A stretch of DNA of 64,000 nucleotides from Callorhinchus milii (Eukaryota), in NCBI RefSeq assembly GCF_018977255.1, contig NW_024704742.1, positions 135,348,001-135,412,000 of the forward strand. The letters run 5' to 3'. The notes below the pieces were generated by a model, which ran no database searches, was not told the origin of the DNA, and saw only the letters and a program-made list of their open reading frames with translations. The stretch's first letter is position 1; every line of letters starts with the position of its first letter. Positions 38,469-50,476 of this stretch are shown here, one piece after another. A program made the translations under genes and the position numbers.

Positions 38469-39524
38469 TTATTATTATTATCATCACGTCTTCGGGACAT
38501 CTCAAAGGGCTTCACGGATATATTGTAAAGTGGATTTACTGTATATTTTGTGGGCGAAAAGCAGCAGCCTATTGAGCACAGCAGCGTCCCCACAAACAGT
38601 CGTGAATCGAATGACCAAATAACAGTCTCATGAATATAAATTGTACGTCTGAACTGGAGTTAGTTTACACTTATCCCTCTTTCCCGGCTCTTTTCCCCAA
38701 TGCCCACAAAATACACACCTGTGAAGTGCTTTGAGACATCTTGATGACGTGATAACGAGCTGTATCAAACCCAAGGATTATTATTATAATTATTACCCTT
38801 TCATAACCTGATTCGTGAGGTGTCACCCTAGCTCGCTTGATACACCCTGACCGTTGAGATGCAAGGTGGTGGGTTTGAAGCTGCAAATTGCGATCTTCGA
38901 GCTCACAACCTAACGGATTGTCCTCGCAGTGCTATTGTCAGAGGAACCTGCGGGAAGAATATATTCGCTCATCGCATGTCACCCTGGCTTAATCAGTAGC
39001 ACTCTACTCCGAGTAGTGGGTTCAAAATCCACCGCAACATTTAAACTCACATGGTCTAGGATGAAACTTCAATGCAGTGCTGGGGTAGGGCTGTGTTGTC
39101 AAAGCCGTCTGTCTTCAAATCAGACGCTTAATCGAGGTCCCATCTCCCTGTCCAGTGCCTGTCTACGAGTGTCAGGAGGATGTCCCAAAGCGCTTGGCTG
39201 GGTGGAGGTGTGTCATGAGGAAACACCAATCTTTCAATTCCCCGTTTAACTTTTTATGGGTAAAAGCAATGGCAGCCAATAATTATAACAATGAAATTGT
39301 TCAATCGCCTCATGGCTGTTTGCGGGACATCAATGTGCGCAAAATGGCTGCCTACAAAATACACAGACATTACACTTTATGGCCAGCGTTTGAGACATCC
39401 TGCCTACACAGGATGCCTTCCATGTCAAATGGAAGGAGGATTTACTGATCAGTTCGGTGACTGACTCTTTGCAGAAAAAAGGAGGAATTTCAGGGATTGT
39501 GAATTAATAATCCTTAATTAAGAT

Positions 39525-39955
39525 TATCCTTAATAATCTCACATGTAGTGCAGAGCCTTTCACATCATGAGGCCGTCTCAAAGCGTTCCACAGAATATAG
39601 AGTAAAGTGAATTGACTGTATATTGATGTGGACGAAACGCGGCAGCCAATTTACGCACAGCAGTGTCCCACACACAGCTACGGAGTGAGTGACCAATTTT
39701 ATCTTGGGGATTGGTAGTTAGGATACCGGGAGAGACAAACTCCCTTCTCTCTTTGAGTCTTTTTGGATCCTTAATGTCTGCCTGATAGGGTAAGATGGGG
39801 CTTCGGTTTAAAGTCTCAATCGAAGGACGGCAACTCCAACCTTGAGCAGAAAGCCTTGTGAATAGGCAATGCATCCAACGATGCAACACCCTACCCAGCA
39901 CTGCATTCGAGTCTCAGCTTAGACTACATGAAACCAAGAGCTGATGTGGGGCTCC
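39525..39955 (-). mobile_element. Deu-domain SINE, family A
   Basis: Tail plus Deu block on minus. Confidence 0.75.
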
Positions 39956-40259
39956 ATGGCTCACTTGAAGGGACCACTCATGAATAAAGCAGAAGAACTT
40001 GTACTTAGTTTAGACATGAAGGTCACTAGCATATAATCAGTAGGAAGAGCTAGGCCCAGTAGAGTTTTCTTATCGCACATGATTGCCCATTGCAGCTGAC
40101 AACTTCATCTTCCCCCTACCTACACCATATGTTCCGATAAAGGGTTCGGCTTCCACCTAGGTTCATCCATTATTGATCTCCTACCATCGCTAGGGTTTCA
40201 GCCTTTAGTGAATTGTGCTGCACTTGTGTCCTGTAATTCCCTTTGCCTTACTCATGCCA

Positions 40260-40595
40260 TGCCTCTCCCTCGCCAAACTCTGTGAACTGATCATCCCTAT
40301 CCTCGCCTGGCTCCACTGGCTCCCCATCCCTCAGAGAATCCACTGTAAAATCCTCATCCTCAATTTTAAAGCCGTCCACTGTCTTGCTCCTCTCTACCTC
40401 TGTGACTTATTAACACCATACCTACCCGTCCGCTCTCTCCACTTGGTGGGCACTAGCCCTGACATGCACCGTTGGCAGTTGGGCCTTCAGGCTTTCTGCC
40501 CTCACCCTCTGGAACTCCATTCTTGAGTCCCTCTGCCTCGCCTCCTCTCTTGCATCCTTCAAGTCCTGTTTCAAGACCTTCCTCTTTGATCGCAA
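40260..40595 (+). mobile_element. L2 3' coding fragment
   Basis: [40 protein letters not shown]. Confidence 0.85.
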
Positions 40596-40679
40596 GTGAT
40601 AGGATTTGGGTTTGATTCCCAGGCAGTGCAAACCTTAGACAAGTTTTCTTACTCCACAAATCTATATTGACGTACCAGT

Positions 40680-41000
40680 GATAATAATAATAATCCTTGC
40701 ATTTGATATAGTGCTTTTCACGTCTTCTAGCCGTCTCAAAGCACTTCACAGAATATACTGTAAAGTGAATTGACTGTATATTTGTGGGCGAAACGCGGCA
40801 GCCAATTGCGCACAGCAGTGTCCCACAAACAGTCGTAGATTGAAAATAACCAATTTATTATTGTTTTTGGTTTTCGAGGGATTATTATTAGGCTCTGTGT
40901 GGAGTAAGGAAACTTGCCCAAGGTTTCGCCCTCTGTCTGGAATTGAACTCAGGTCTCTCGCTTGCAAAGCGAGTGCTCCAACCACTGAGCTACAGGACTC
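40680..41000 (-). mobile_element. Family B SINE, internal-deletion variant, near-identical to 38155-38468
   Basis: Shares cacacagagcctaataataatccctc and aaaaccaaaaacaataataaattgg. Confidence 0.9.
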
Positions 41001-42851
41001 CACACTCCACAGAAAGTAGGAACCTGAATGTTGGTCGATTGGTGAAGGTAATAGTCCCTCAAAAGAAATGTGGTCACTGCGTTGATGACTCTTTGTGGGA
41101 CAAGGCAACATGCATTTTGCTGCAGTCTTACCCACAAAATGCATGGTGAATCTACTTTATAATATAGTTTGTGAAGGACTTTGATACGTCTCAATGATGT
41201 AGCAAGGCGTTATATCAAATGCAAGGATTATTATTATCTCTTTGACCGTGCCTAATGGTTACCTCGCCCTTCCATCTCCCTCAGTTGCAACTCCGACACT
41301 ATGCAGCTCTCCGAGACTTTATCCTGCGTGAAAGGGCGCTGTATAAATTGCAAATTGCAGTGGTGTCGCGAATCCTAAGTTACATTCTGAGCACGATAGT
41401 TTCCTGGTACGGAAAGCTCATTATACAGTGCAGCGTTCCCTCACTTGGCTGCCGTGTGAGAAGATGCTTCCAAGATCCTAACAGATTCCAACGCAAACAC
41501 TCCAGCCTGCTCCGCTCTGTTTAAAAATGTATATTATGTACATCCTTCAGCACGCCATCTGCTCTTCCCATTCTCCCAGACACTGGTGACTGGCTTCGAC
41601 AATCCAGGAGAAGATATAGGTCGAACTCTTTGCACCGCACTCGCAAAAAGACCTCTGGCTAAATTCTCCGCTCCTTTTTCTTGCACTTCCTCTGCGTGAG
41701 AGAGTTTGCCTCTATCCCATGTGAAATTAGAAATTCCTTCTCTCCCTATCTCTCCCTCCCCACACTTTCCCAACATATTTGCAGTCAGTGTGACTTCAAG
41801 TTTTTTTTTTGGTGGAGGGCGGTAGGGGAAGTTTAATTTATTTATCCTTAACTCTGGAGGATTTGTTTGCCTAAGGATGCTCTCTCTCTTTCTTTTGTTT
41901 CTGTGTGCACGCAACACAACAGGGTGCAAATCGGGGACAAAATCCTCTCACTGATTTTCAAATCCCTTCATGCCCTCACACCTCCTTACCTATCCGACCT
42001 GCTTACCCCCCTCTGCCTCCAGCCTCCTGTTTGTCTCTTGTGCCCTCCGTTCCACCATCGGAGGCAGTGCTTTCAGCCACTACGTCCCGAAACTCTGAAA
42101 CTCTCTCTCTCAATCCCTCCTCCTTACCCGTTGAAATGTTGGGCAAGTTTCCTTACTCCGCACGCCTCTGTTTACCCATCAGTAAATAGAAACTCGTTTG
42201 TTAGTCGATTGGCGGATCGCTTTTCCGGGGATAATAATCCTTCAAAAAACAATAATAAATTGGTCATTCAATCCATAACTGTTTGTGGGACACTGCTGTG
42301 TGCAATTGGCTGCCGCGTTTCACCCACAAATATACAGTCAATTCACTTTACATTATAATCTATGACGTGCTTTGCAGCCGATTGTGCATAGCAGCGTCCC
42401 AATGACCAATGTAGATTGAGTGACCAAATTTTTGGGAGGGAGGGATTATTACCCCTAGAAAATGATCTGCCAATCGACTAACTTACTGCTAGGTGAACAA
42501 CAACAAAAGTACATTTGTGTCGCGACTTTCATTGGGAGGACATCCTTAGGTGCTGGGAAGTCAATGTTTTGGACTCGAGCTGGGGATCAGGATTGGGGAG
42601 GGTGGAGGGCAGGGGGGGGGAAGGAGGGTGATCAAAAGCATAGTCAAAGAGGAGTGTCTTGAGATGGATCTTGAAGAAGATGGAGATCCAGAGGGTGGGG
42701 GCAGAATGGCTGAAGGCCTGGGGGACATGACACAGGCCGGAGCTCTCTGAGCGGTGCGAGATAGGGTCATGGATGTGGGGTAGAAACAGAGGGGTGGAGT
42801 ATAGAAATTAAGGTTTCACTCACCCATCCTAGTTAATAGCACTTACCATGG

Positions 42852-43220
42852 CGTCCTGTAGTGTCATGGTTAGAGCATTCACCTCGCAAGGGAGGGGACC
42901 CAGGTTTGATTCCCGGGCAGGGCAAAACCTTACACAAGTGTCCTTCCTCCACACACCTGTTTACTTAGCAGTAATTTAGAACCAGGTTGTGAGTCGATTG
43001 GCAGATGGCTTTCTGGGTGTAAAAAGCCTTTCAAAAAAACTTTTTTAAAAAAGATTTGGTCACTTGATCCACGACTGTTTGTGGTTACACTGCTGTGTGC
43101 AATTGGCTGCCGTGTTTCGCCCACAAAGTACACAATTAATCCACTTTACAATAGACTCTGTGAAGCGCTTTGAGACGATAAGGCACTATATGAAATGCAA
43201 AGATTATTATCGTTATTGTT
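42852..43220 (+). mobile_element. tRNA-derived SINE, family B
   Basis: Head gtcctgtagtgtcatggttagagca, central block, tail. Confidence 0.85.
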
Positions 43221-43741
43221 TAATAAGAATCCTTTAATTTCATGAGCATCTCAAAGGATTTTTCTGCAAAGTGTAGTGGCTGTATTTTGTAGGAGAATGA
43301 ATTAATGTTTCACTTCCGCTTGTCACTCGTCAACGTAGAGATGGGTTGAAAGGAACTCTTAGTCTGGTTGGATACTCTTATGTACGGTGATAGGTTCGTG
43401 CAATTTTCAGACACCCAACTGTCCAAAAAAAAAATTCTTCCTTTAAAATTCCAGTGGGCGCTGATGACTTAGATGTGGGAAAGTTGTCTGGCTCATTTTC
43501 CCAGTACAGAGAATCTGCACTGACACACAAGTCAGCTAAAAGCAAGTCTTGACCAACTCCCAATTTAACACTAACACAGTTTAACTCACCCGCAAAATAC
43601 AGACAGTCCCAACACTTTACACTATATCCTGTGAAGCGCTTTGAGACGTCTCAATGAGGTGACAAGGTGCTATATCAAATGCAAGGATTATTATATTATA
43701 ACCCAGTTTACAAGGCATCTGTCGCAATCTATAGGGGTTTC

Positions 43742-44005
43742 ACTCTGGCTCAGTCGGTAGCTCTCTCATCTCTTGGAGTTCAAGCCCCACGCAGAGACTT
43801 TGAAGGCATAGGTTAAGTCGATAAGTGCTGAGGGTGGAGGGGGGTTGGAATGTCAGAGGTGCCGTCTTTCAGATGAGACGTTAAACCGAGGTGCCATCTG
43901 CCTGTTCAGGTGGATGTTAAAGACCCCATGGCACTATTCAAAAAGAGAAGGGAGTTTCTCTTTGTTTCCTGGCCAGACAAATTCCTCAAATATAATGGTT
44001 AGTCA
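43742..44005 (+). mobile_element. Deu-domain SINE, family A, 5' part
   Basis: ctggctcagtcggtagc head; gtcagaggtgccgtctttcagatgagacgttaaaccgagg Deu block. Confidence 0.85.
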
Positions 44006-46017
44006 TTTGATAATAATAATAATAATCCTTGGCTTTGATATAGCGCCTTTCAAAGTCTTGTAGACATCTCAAAGTGCTTCACAGAATATTTTGTAAAGTG
44101 AATTGCCCGTGTATTTGTGGGCGAAACGCACAGCAGCGTCCCACGAACAGCCATGGATTGAAGTGGCTAATTTATTCTTGTTTTTTTTTGAGGGATTATT
44201 ATCAGCCATGTGGAGTAAGGAAACTTGCCGGGAATTGAACCCAGGACTCTCGTTTGCGAGACAAGTGCTCCAACCACTGAGCTACAGGACTTGATGGCTG
44301 TTTGAAGGGACTTATTCGGTAACCACTCCGCGACAGGACCCCATTTGCATCTAAATATAAAGACACGCAAGCTCTCATCAGCCCAAGTTCCTTGGAACAT
44401 TTCGAAACTTGCAGAGATGAATTCCATTTCTGCAAGGGTTTGGCAAGGCTGCAACAGTGATCATGACTGATTGCAACACTTTTGTTGCTGCTTCATCAAT
44501 AGGACAGTTGCACCCAGAGGTGACATACCCAATCCCTGGGGCTCAACACTGTAAATCCACCCACCCTCTTCCACCCTCCTCTCCTCCTCCTCCTCCTCCT
44601 TCCTTCCCTCCATTGCGATCCCCCTATCGCCTCCACCCCCCCAAAAAAAAGAGAAAGGAGCACGCAAGCTGTTTTCATTGAATAAGACAAATTCAGTAGT
44701 AGGAAGAGAAGCTATCGAGGAGAAAACGTACAATTCTTTTTTTAACATATGATTATTTTGCAATTGTTGCCTGGCTTCCTGCCAAGTTCTTGGGTTGAGT
44801 TGCTGCCAATGGCCCATAGCATCTGATGAATGACAATCAGATCTAATGGCTGATGCAATCGCAATTTGCTTGGTGTGCTTGTTGTTATTGTTAAGGTTTC
44901 TTTTTTTTGCTGGGTGGGCAGGCAAAGTGGGGAGGGGAGGAAGGGTGTTTGGAAGTGTGGGGGTTTGCACACACGGGAGAAAATAAATGGTTCCCAGCAA
45001 CAATTATATCTTTCGCCCTCAAAATACACAGTCAATCCACTTTACAGTATGTTCTGTGAAGCTCTTTGAGACGTCTTAATGAAGTGAAGGGCCGGTATAT
45101 CAAATGCAAGGAATATCATTATTCTTCCATTCTGTACAAAATCCCAATCAGATCACTTTATAATAATAAGTATTATTGCATTTTAATACAGTCACACACA
45201 CATACACACAGTATATCCTGTAAAAAGCTTTGAGACACTTCAATGACATAAGACACTATATCAAAATGCAAGCACTGTATTATTAATATTATTACTACTG
45301 GACCTTCGAGTTAATAATAATAATCGTAAATGATCCTTGCATTTGATATAGCACCTAATCACCTCGTTTGGAAAGTCTCAAAACACTTGATGGAATATAT
45401 TATATGTGCCTTGGGACATCCTCCAACCGCTCCAACCGCAACTTCTATGAGACTCCACGAGTTGGAGTAATTTTGATCTCACACAGTCTCAAGGCTGGCA
45501 CTCACATGCAGGATTGGGGAGCGTTGCATTTTCAGAGGTGTTGCCCTTCAGATGAAAGGTTAAACCTGTTCAGGTGGACGTTAAAGATCTCAAAGCACGA
45601 TTCAAAGACGAGAAGGGATTTTTGTGGAGGACTGATTTACTTAGATTTGCATAGAGTTTACAGGCTATTCGGCCCAACTGGCCCGTGCTGGTGTTCTTAC
45701 TCCACAGGAGTTTCTACCCATTTTTTACTAACTCCACACCCTTCTGTTCCCTTCTGACTCATGTAGGTACAAGCAAACCTGTTCAAGCAACCACCTTAAT
45801 TCGATCGACTGTATTGCCTTCTCTCTCATGCATATAGTTTTCACAAACGAGGACAAAATACCAACTCCCTTCTCTATTCGAACCTTGCTGCGGGATCTTT
45901 AACATCCACCTGAACAGGCACAGACAGGATCTCTGCGAAAAAGTCTTTTTTTAAGGATGACATCTCCAAGAACATGGTGCACCCTCCAGCATTGCAATGG
46001 AGTGTCAATCTAGACCA

Positions 46018-46350
46018 ATAATAATCCTTGCATTCAATACAGCCCCTTATCAGGTCACTGAGACGTCTCAAAGCGTTTCACAGGATATACTGTAAAGTGA
46101 CTTGACTGTAGACTTTGTGTGCAAAACACGGAAACCAATTGCGCATAACAGTGTCCCACAAAGAATCGTGGATTGAGTGACCACTTCTTTTTGGAGGAAA
46201 AAGCAATCCACCGATCGCCTAACAACCGGGTTCCTTCTTACTGTTAGGCGTGCGGAGTAAGTAACTTGGCTAAGGTTTCTCCCTGCCGGGAAGCGGACCT
46301 GGGTCCTGTTGTTTGAGAGGCGAGCGAGCTACCCTCTATGCTACGGGATT
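46018..46350 (-). mobile_element. tRNA-derived SINE, family B (degraded)
   Basis: Tail, body and head remnants. Confidence 0.75.
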
Positions 46351-47602
46351 CCACTAAGGCTTGAACCCACAGAGCGCTACCATGTGAGTCAGCAAAACTA
46401 TGCAGATTTAAGTGCTTTTGAGTCCCGGCTGAGCAGCTTCGGAAGAGGTGAATATCATTGGAAGGGAAGGTTTGGCAACAGAAGGCAGACTGCTGATTCT
46501 GTGTTCAGGCTGCAACAGCCGTACCTTGGTAATTTCACAAATCTTTATAAAACATTGTTCTCAAACTGGCACAAGCATTGACACGGTCACACAACTCACT
46601 GCAACCTGTTGCGTTGCGCTGTGTCCTTCCATTTCACGTCTTCACAATTTTTTATTGGTTCCACGGAACTGCCTCCAAGATGATAATTCACCTGCAAACC
46701 AATTGGACACGAGACAAGGTATCAGATCGTAATTACAGCCCTTCTTCGCTCACCCTTTAATACGGTGGTAATTGCTTTTTGCGTCTGTCTGTCTGCCTGC
46801 GTTGAGTTCCCAGTTCCCAGTACGGAGCCACCTAAATTACAGTAATGTCAAATTCACACTCTTTTGTTTTACTTCTGTCACGGAATAAAAGCACGTGCTC
46901 AGCTGTGCATTTGTCCCTAGAATAAAATGTACAAAGCCTGGAAAATTAAACAACAAATTAAACAATAAACTCCATCTCACAGTCCCTTTGCCTCGCCCCT
47001 CACTTGCCTCCTTCGAGGCCTGTCCCTGACTGTCCACGTCCTTGGGACATCTCCTGACACGAAAGACGCAATATATATAAATACAAATGTAATTTGTCGT
47101 TGTTTGAAAGCGCCCTGCATGCAAACCTGAATGTTTGTTGTATTTGCTCTTTTATTTTCTTCCTTTCTTATTCTCTTTATCTCTGTTTATTTCCTCTTTT
47201 TTATTTTCTTTCTCTCTTCCGCTCTCTTATTTTCTTCCTTTCTTCTATTTCCTCTATCATTTTCTCTCTCGGATACTTTTTTCACTCTCTTTTTTTCTTT
47301 CTTCTTTAGTCTGTTTATCTCTCTTATCCCCTCTCTCTTCATTTCTCTCCTTTCTTAAAAAAATGTTCTTCCACTTTCATTCAGTTTTTCATTCGGTTGT
47401 TTTCCTTTTTACTTTCTTCCTCTCTTTTACACAGAATAATACGGAAGGAGTTGGCATGGAAAACAGATCATTTGGTCCAGCAAGTCTCTTCTATTTTATT
47501 GCTTTTAGTTTAATTTGCCCCTCTATTTCATTCTCTATTATTTGTTCAACCTTTTGTCTTGTTGCTCTTTCATTCTCTCTCTCTCTCTCTCTTTTATTTC
47601 AT

Positions 47603-47910
47603 AAGTCCTGTAGCTCAGTGGTTAGAGCACTCACTTTGCAAGCGAGAGACCTGAGGTCAATTCCAGTCAGGGCAAAACCTTGGGCAAGTTTCCTTACTCC
47701 ACACACCTAATAATAATCCCTCCAAAAAAACAATAATAAATTGGCCATTTTCAATCCACGACTGTTTGTGGGACATTGCTGTGCGCAATTGGCTGCCGCG
47801 TTCGCCCACAAATATACAGTCAATTCACTTTACTGTGTCTGTAAAGCGCTTTGAGACCTCGAGAAGATGTGTAAAGCGCTATATCAAATGCAAGGATTAT
47901 TATTATATTA
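47603..47910 (+). mobile_element. Family B SINE, internal-deletion variant
   Basis: agtcctgtagctcagtggttagagcac head; ccttactccacacacc-taataataatccc junction. Confidence 0.88.
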
Positions 47911-48157
47911 TATATTATGTATTCCTCTGTATTTTACTCTCTCTCTCTTTGATATATTCTTTCGCTCTGTTTATTTGTTACTCTTTTGGACGCTCTTAGA
48001 AAATAACATCTCGGGGTACGATATACAGCTTGGGATGGGACATGTGCGTATGACTGAAAGGCGAACTGGATGGCTTATTTCGTTGAACAAATTTTTACGC
48101 TATTACGTTCTCTCTCACTTGTTTTTTTTTGGGGGGGGCTTTGCCTTTCTTCCTTAT

Positions 48158-48432
48158 CTCTCAGCCCCGAGGCTCTGGAACTCCATCCCCCAGTGCCTTC
48201 GCCTTGCTTCCTCCCTTTCCTCCTTCAAGGCCGGTCTCAAGACCTTTCTCTTTGACCGTGCCTTCAGCTCCCTCTCGACTCTCTACCCCCTCCTCGCTCC
48301 CTCCCTTCCCTCCCCTCACCCTGACCATTTCCCCCAATGCTCGGGTCCCGACCCAACTGTCCAGCGCCTTGGGACGTCCTCCCGACGTGAAAGGCGCTCT
48401 ATAAATGCAATCTCGTCGTTGTTGTTGTTGTT
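48158..48432 (+). mobile_element. L2 3' end (young family)
   Basis: [38 protein letters not shown] is identical to the intact copy; stem-loop and tail. Confidence 0.93.
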
Positions 48433-48627
48433 GCCGCCTCTATCTTCGTTCTTCTGCTTCTGTTGTTGTTGTTGTTGTTGTCGTTCTACTTGCAAGGCAA
48501 ATACTTTCAAATCCATCGGCTTTAAATCAAATGCAAGGATTACCTTGATAGCGATGAACGACCGCGATAAACGGCGCTGAATCTAATGCGAGGATTATTA
48601 TTGTTATTATTATTATTATTATTATTA

Positions 48628-48859
48628 GCTGCTGCTGTTGTTGTTGTGGTGGTGGTGGTTGTTGTGGTGGTGGTGGTTGTTGTTGGTGGTGGTGGTGGTG
48701 GTTTTTGTTGTGGTGGTGGTGGTGGTGGTTGTGGTGGTTGTTGTGGTGTGGTGTGGTTGTTGTGGTGGTGGTGGTTTGTTGTGGGTTGGTGGTGGTTGTT
48801 GTTGTGTGGTGGTGGTTGTTGTGTTGTTGTGGTTTGGTGGTGGTGGTTGGTGGTGGTTG
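48628..48859 (+). repeat. (TTG/TGG)n compound triplet repeat running into the assembly gap
   Basis: Follows a SINE (TTA)n tail via (CTG)3. Confidence 0.95.
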
Positions 48860-48884
48860 NNNNNNNNNNNNNNNNNNNNNNNNN
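48860..48884. other. Assembly gap (25 N)
   Basis: Run of n characters. Confidence 1.
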
Positions 48885-50019
48885 CCCCCTCCCCTCCCCC
48901 CCACACCCCCCAATCCATTCCAAATATATTTCTCTTTTTTCTCTTTGAGAAATAAGGATAATAGCAATCGTTGCACCAACAGGAATACACTCACGGAATT
49001 GCACCATCACAGGAGGTGGTGTTGGAAAAGTTGCACTGATCACAATCTGCGCGCATTTCGCACAGGTTTTATATTACACATAATACATGACTATTGAACA
49101 AAAGAGCACAAACAGCCCTCATTTTAATCTGCAAAAGGGAGAAGACACTTCCATAATATATTTTGCATTATTTTTTTTCCCAAATGGGAACATGTTTGCA
49201 ATCCTTTCCCCCTTTCCCCCCTCCCCCTCCCCTTTCCACCCCCCAGGTTTATTCTCCACAAATCCCCCTCTCACCCCCTGTTCATCTGTATAAACTAATT
49301 TCTCTGGTAGAAACTGCATTGAGAGATCACAGGAACACATACAACATAAAAATAAGAACATACATATAATAATAATCAAGAATGCTGCACTTTATTCCCC
49401 TTTTTTCTCCCTTTCCCTAAAAGCATCTGACAATATATATCCATATATATAGATATATATAATAGCTACAAAGTTAACAGCCAGACAAATGCAAAGGGAA
49501 ATGTTTTTGCTTATGGGGAGAAGGGGGGGGGGAAGGAGAGTGTGGAAGGGAAGAGGGAGGGAGGGAGGGAGCGAGGGGGTTAGAAGGGGAAAAGCAAGTG
49601 GATGTGGAGAGGGGGATAAAAAGGGGGAGGGGGGGGGACAGACAAAAACAAGACCCCCCCTCCCTTTCCATGCTACAAAGTAGCCTTAAGCCACACTATA
49701 TAACCCTTCCCGGAGGGGATACATTTCTATTTCCCACCTTTCTTTTTATTATTATTATTATTATTTCTGCTCTCTCTCTCTCTTTCTTTCTACCTATTGC
49801 ACATTCCCTCCCTCCCTCCCTCCCCTCCCCTCCCCAAACAAAACCACTGCTTGCTACTCCCATTGATGGCTACATACACACATGTAAATTATATATATAC
49901 ATATATATAGTATATTTATAATATAATACTTAATCAACACTCATATTAAGTATTATTCTCTCTGCCTCCTGTTACTGCTGTGATCATTATTATTATTTTT
50001 TTCTTCTTCTTCTTCTTAC

Positions 50020-50180
50020 CCGGTTTGAGTCTCGCCTCATTTTTAAATCCCCGGGTAAAAAAAAAAGTGCCTTCTTTTTTCTCTCTTTCTCTCTCTCTCT
50101 TTCTTTTCCTCTCTCTCTCTCTCTCTTTCTATCTCTCTGTGTGTTTCAGTCTCTCTCTCTCTCTCTCTCTCTCAACCACC
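50020..50180 (-). other. Candidate non-coding first exon (minus strand)
   Basis: Lies just downstream (minus) of a CpG promoter and ends in a strong donor CGG|GTAAGA (GT at 50019-50018). Confidence 0.45.
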
Positions 50181-50470
50181 AGCCGCGGGGTCCCGCCCCC
50201 CGCCCACTCCCATTGGCCGACTCTCCTTTGTGACGTCGCCGTCCGTCGAGGGGGGAGGGAACCCCGGCTGCGCGGCCTCCGATTGGACGAGCGCCGCTGT
50301 CAGTCAGGGCTGGAGGTGGAGGAGGAGGAGGAGGGGGGGTTCCCCCGTGCGCACGTGCTCTGCCCCGCCCCCGCATCACATACGTCACACCCCCCCCCCC
50401 CCCACCCACTCCACCACTCAGGGGATTCCCCCCCACCCCTGACCCACCCCACAGGATTACCGGGGCTTGT
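50175..50470 (-). promoter_or_regulatory. CpG-rich promoter with CCAAT, CRE, E-box and GC boxes
   Basis: ATTGG at 50212 and 50282, TGACGTCG at 50231, TACGTCA at 50381, CACGTG at 50352, GC boxes at 50192-50205 and 50363-50372; high CpG density. Confidence 0.75.
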
Positions 50471-50476
50471 GGGTCA

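Noticed and set aside
44461..45003. 180-aa minus-strand ORF
   Set aside because: No recognisable protein, low-complexity ends, non-ATG start; more likely non-coding.
47603..47680. tRNA genes at SINE heads
   Set aside because: A and B boxes are present, but copies are variable, lack a clean acceptor stem and continue into SINE bodies.
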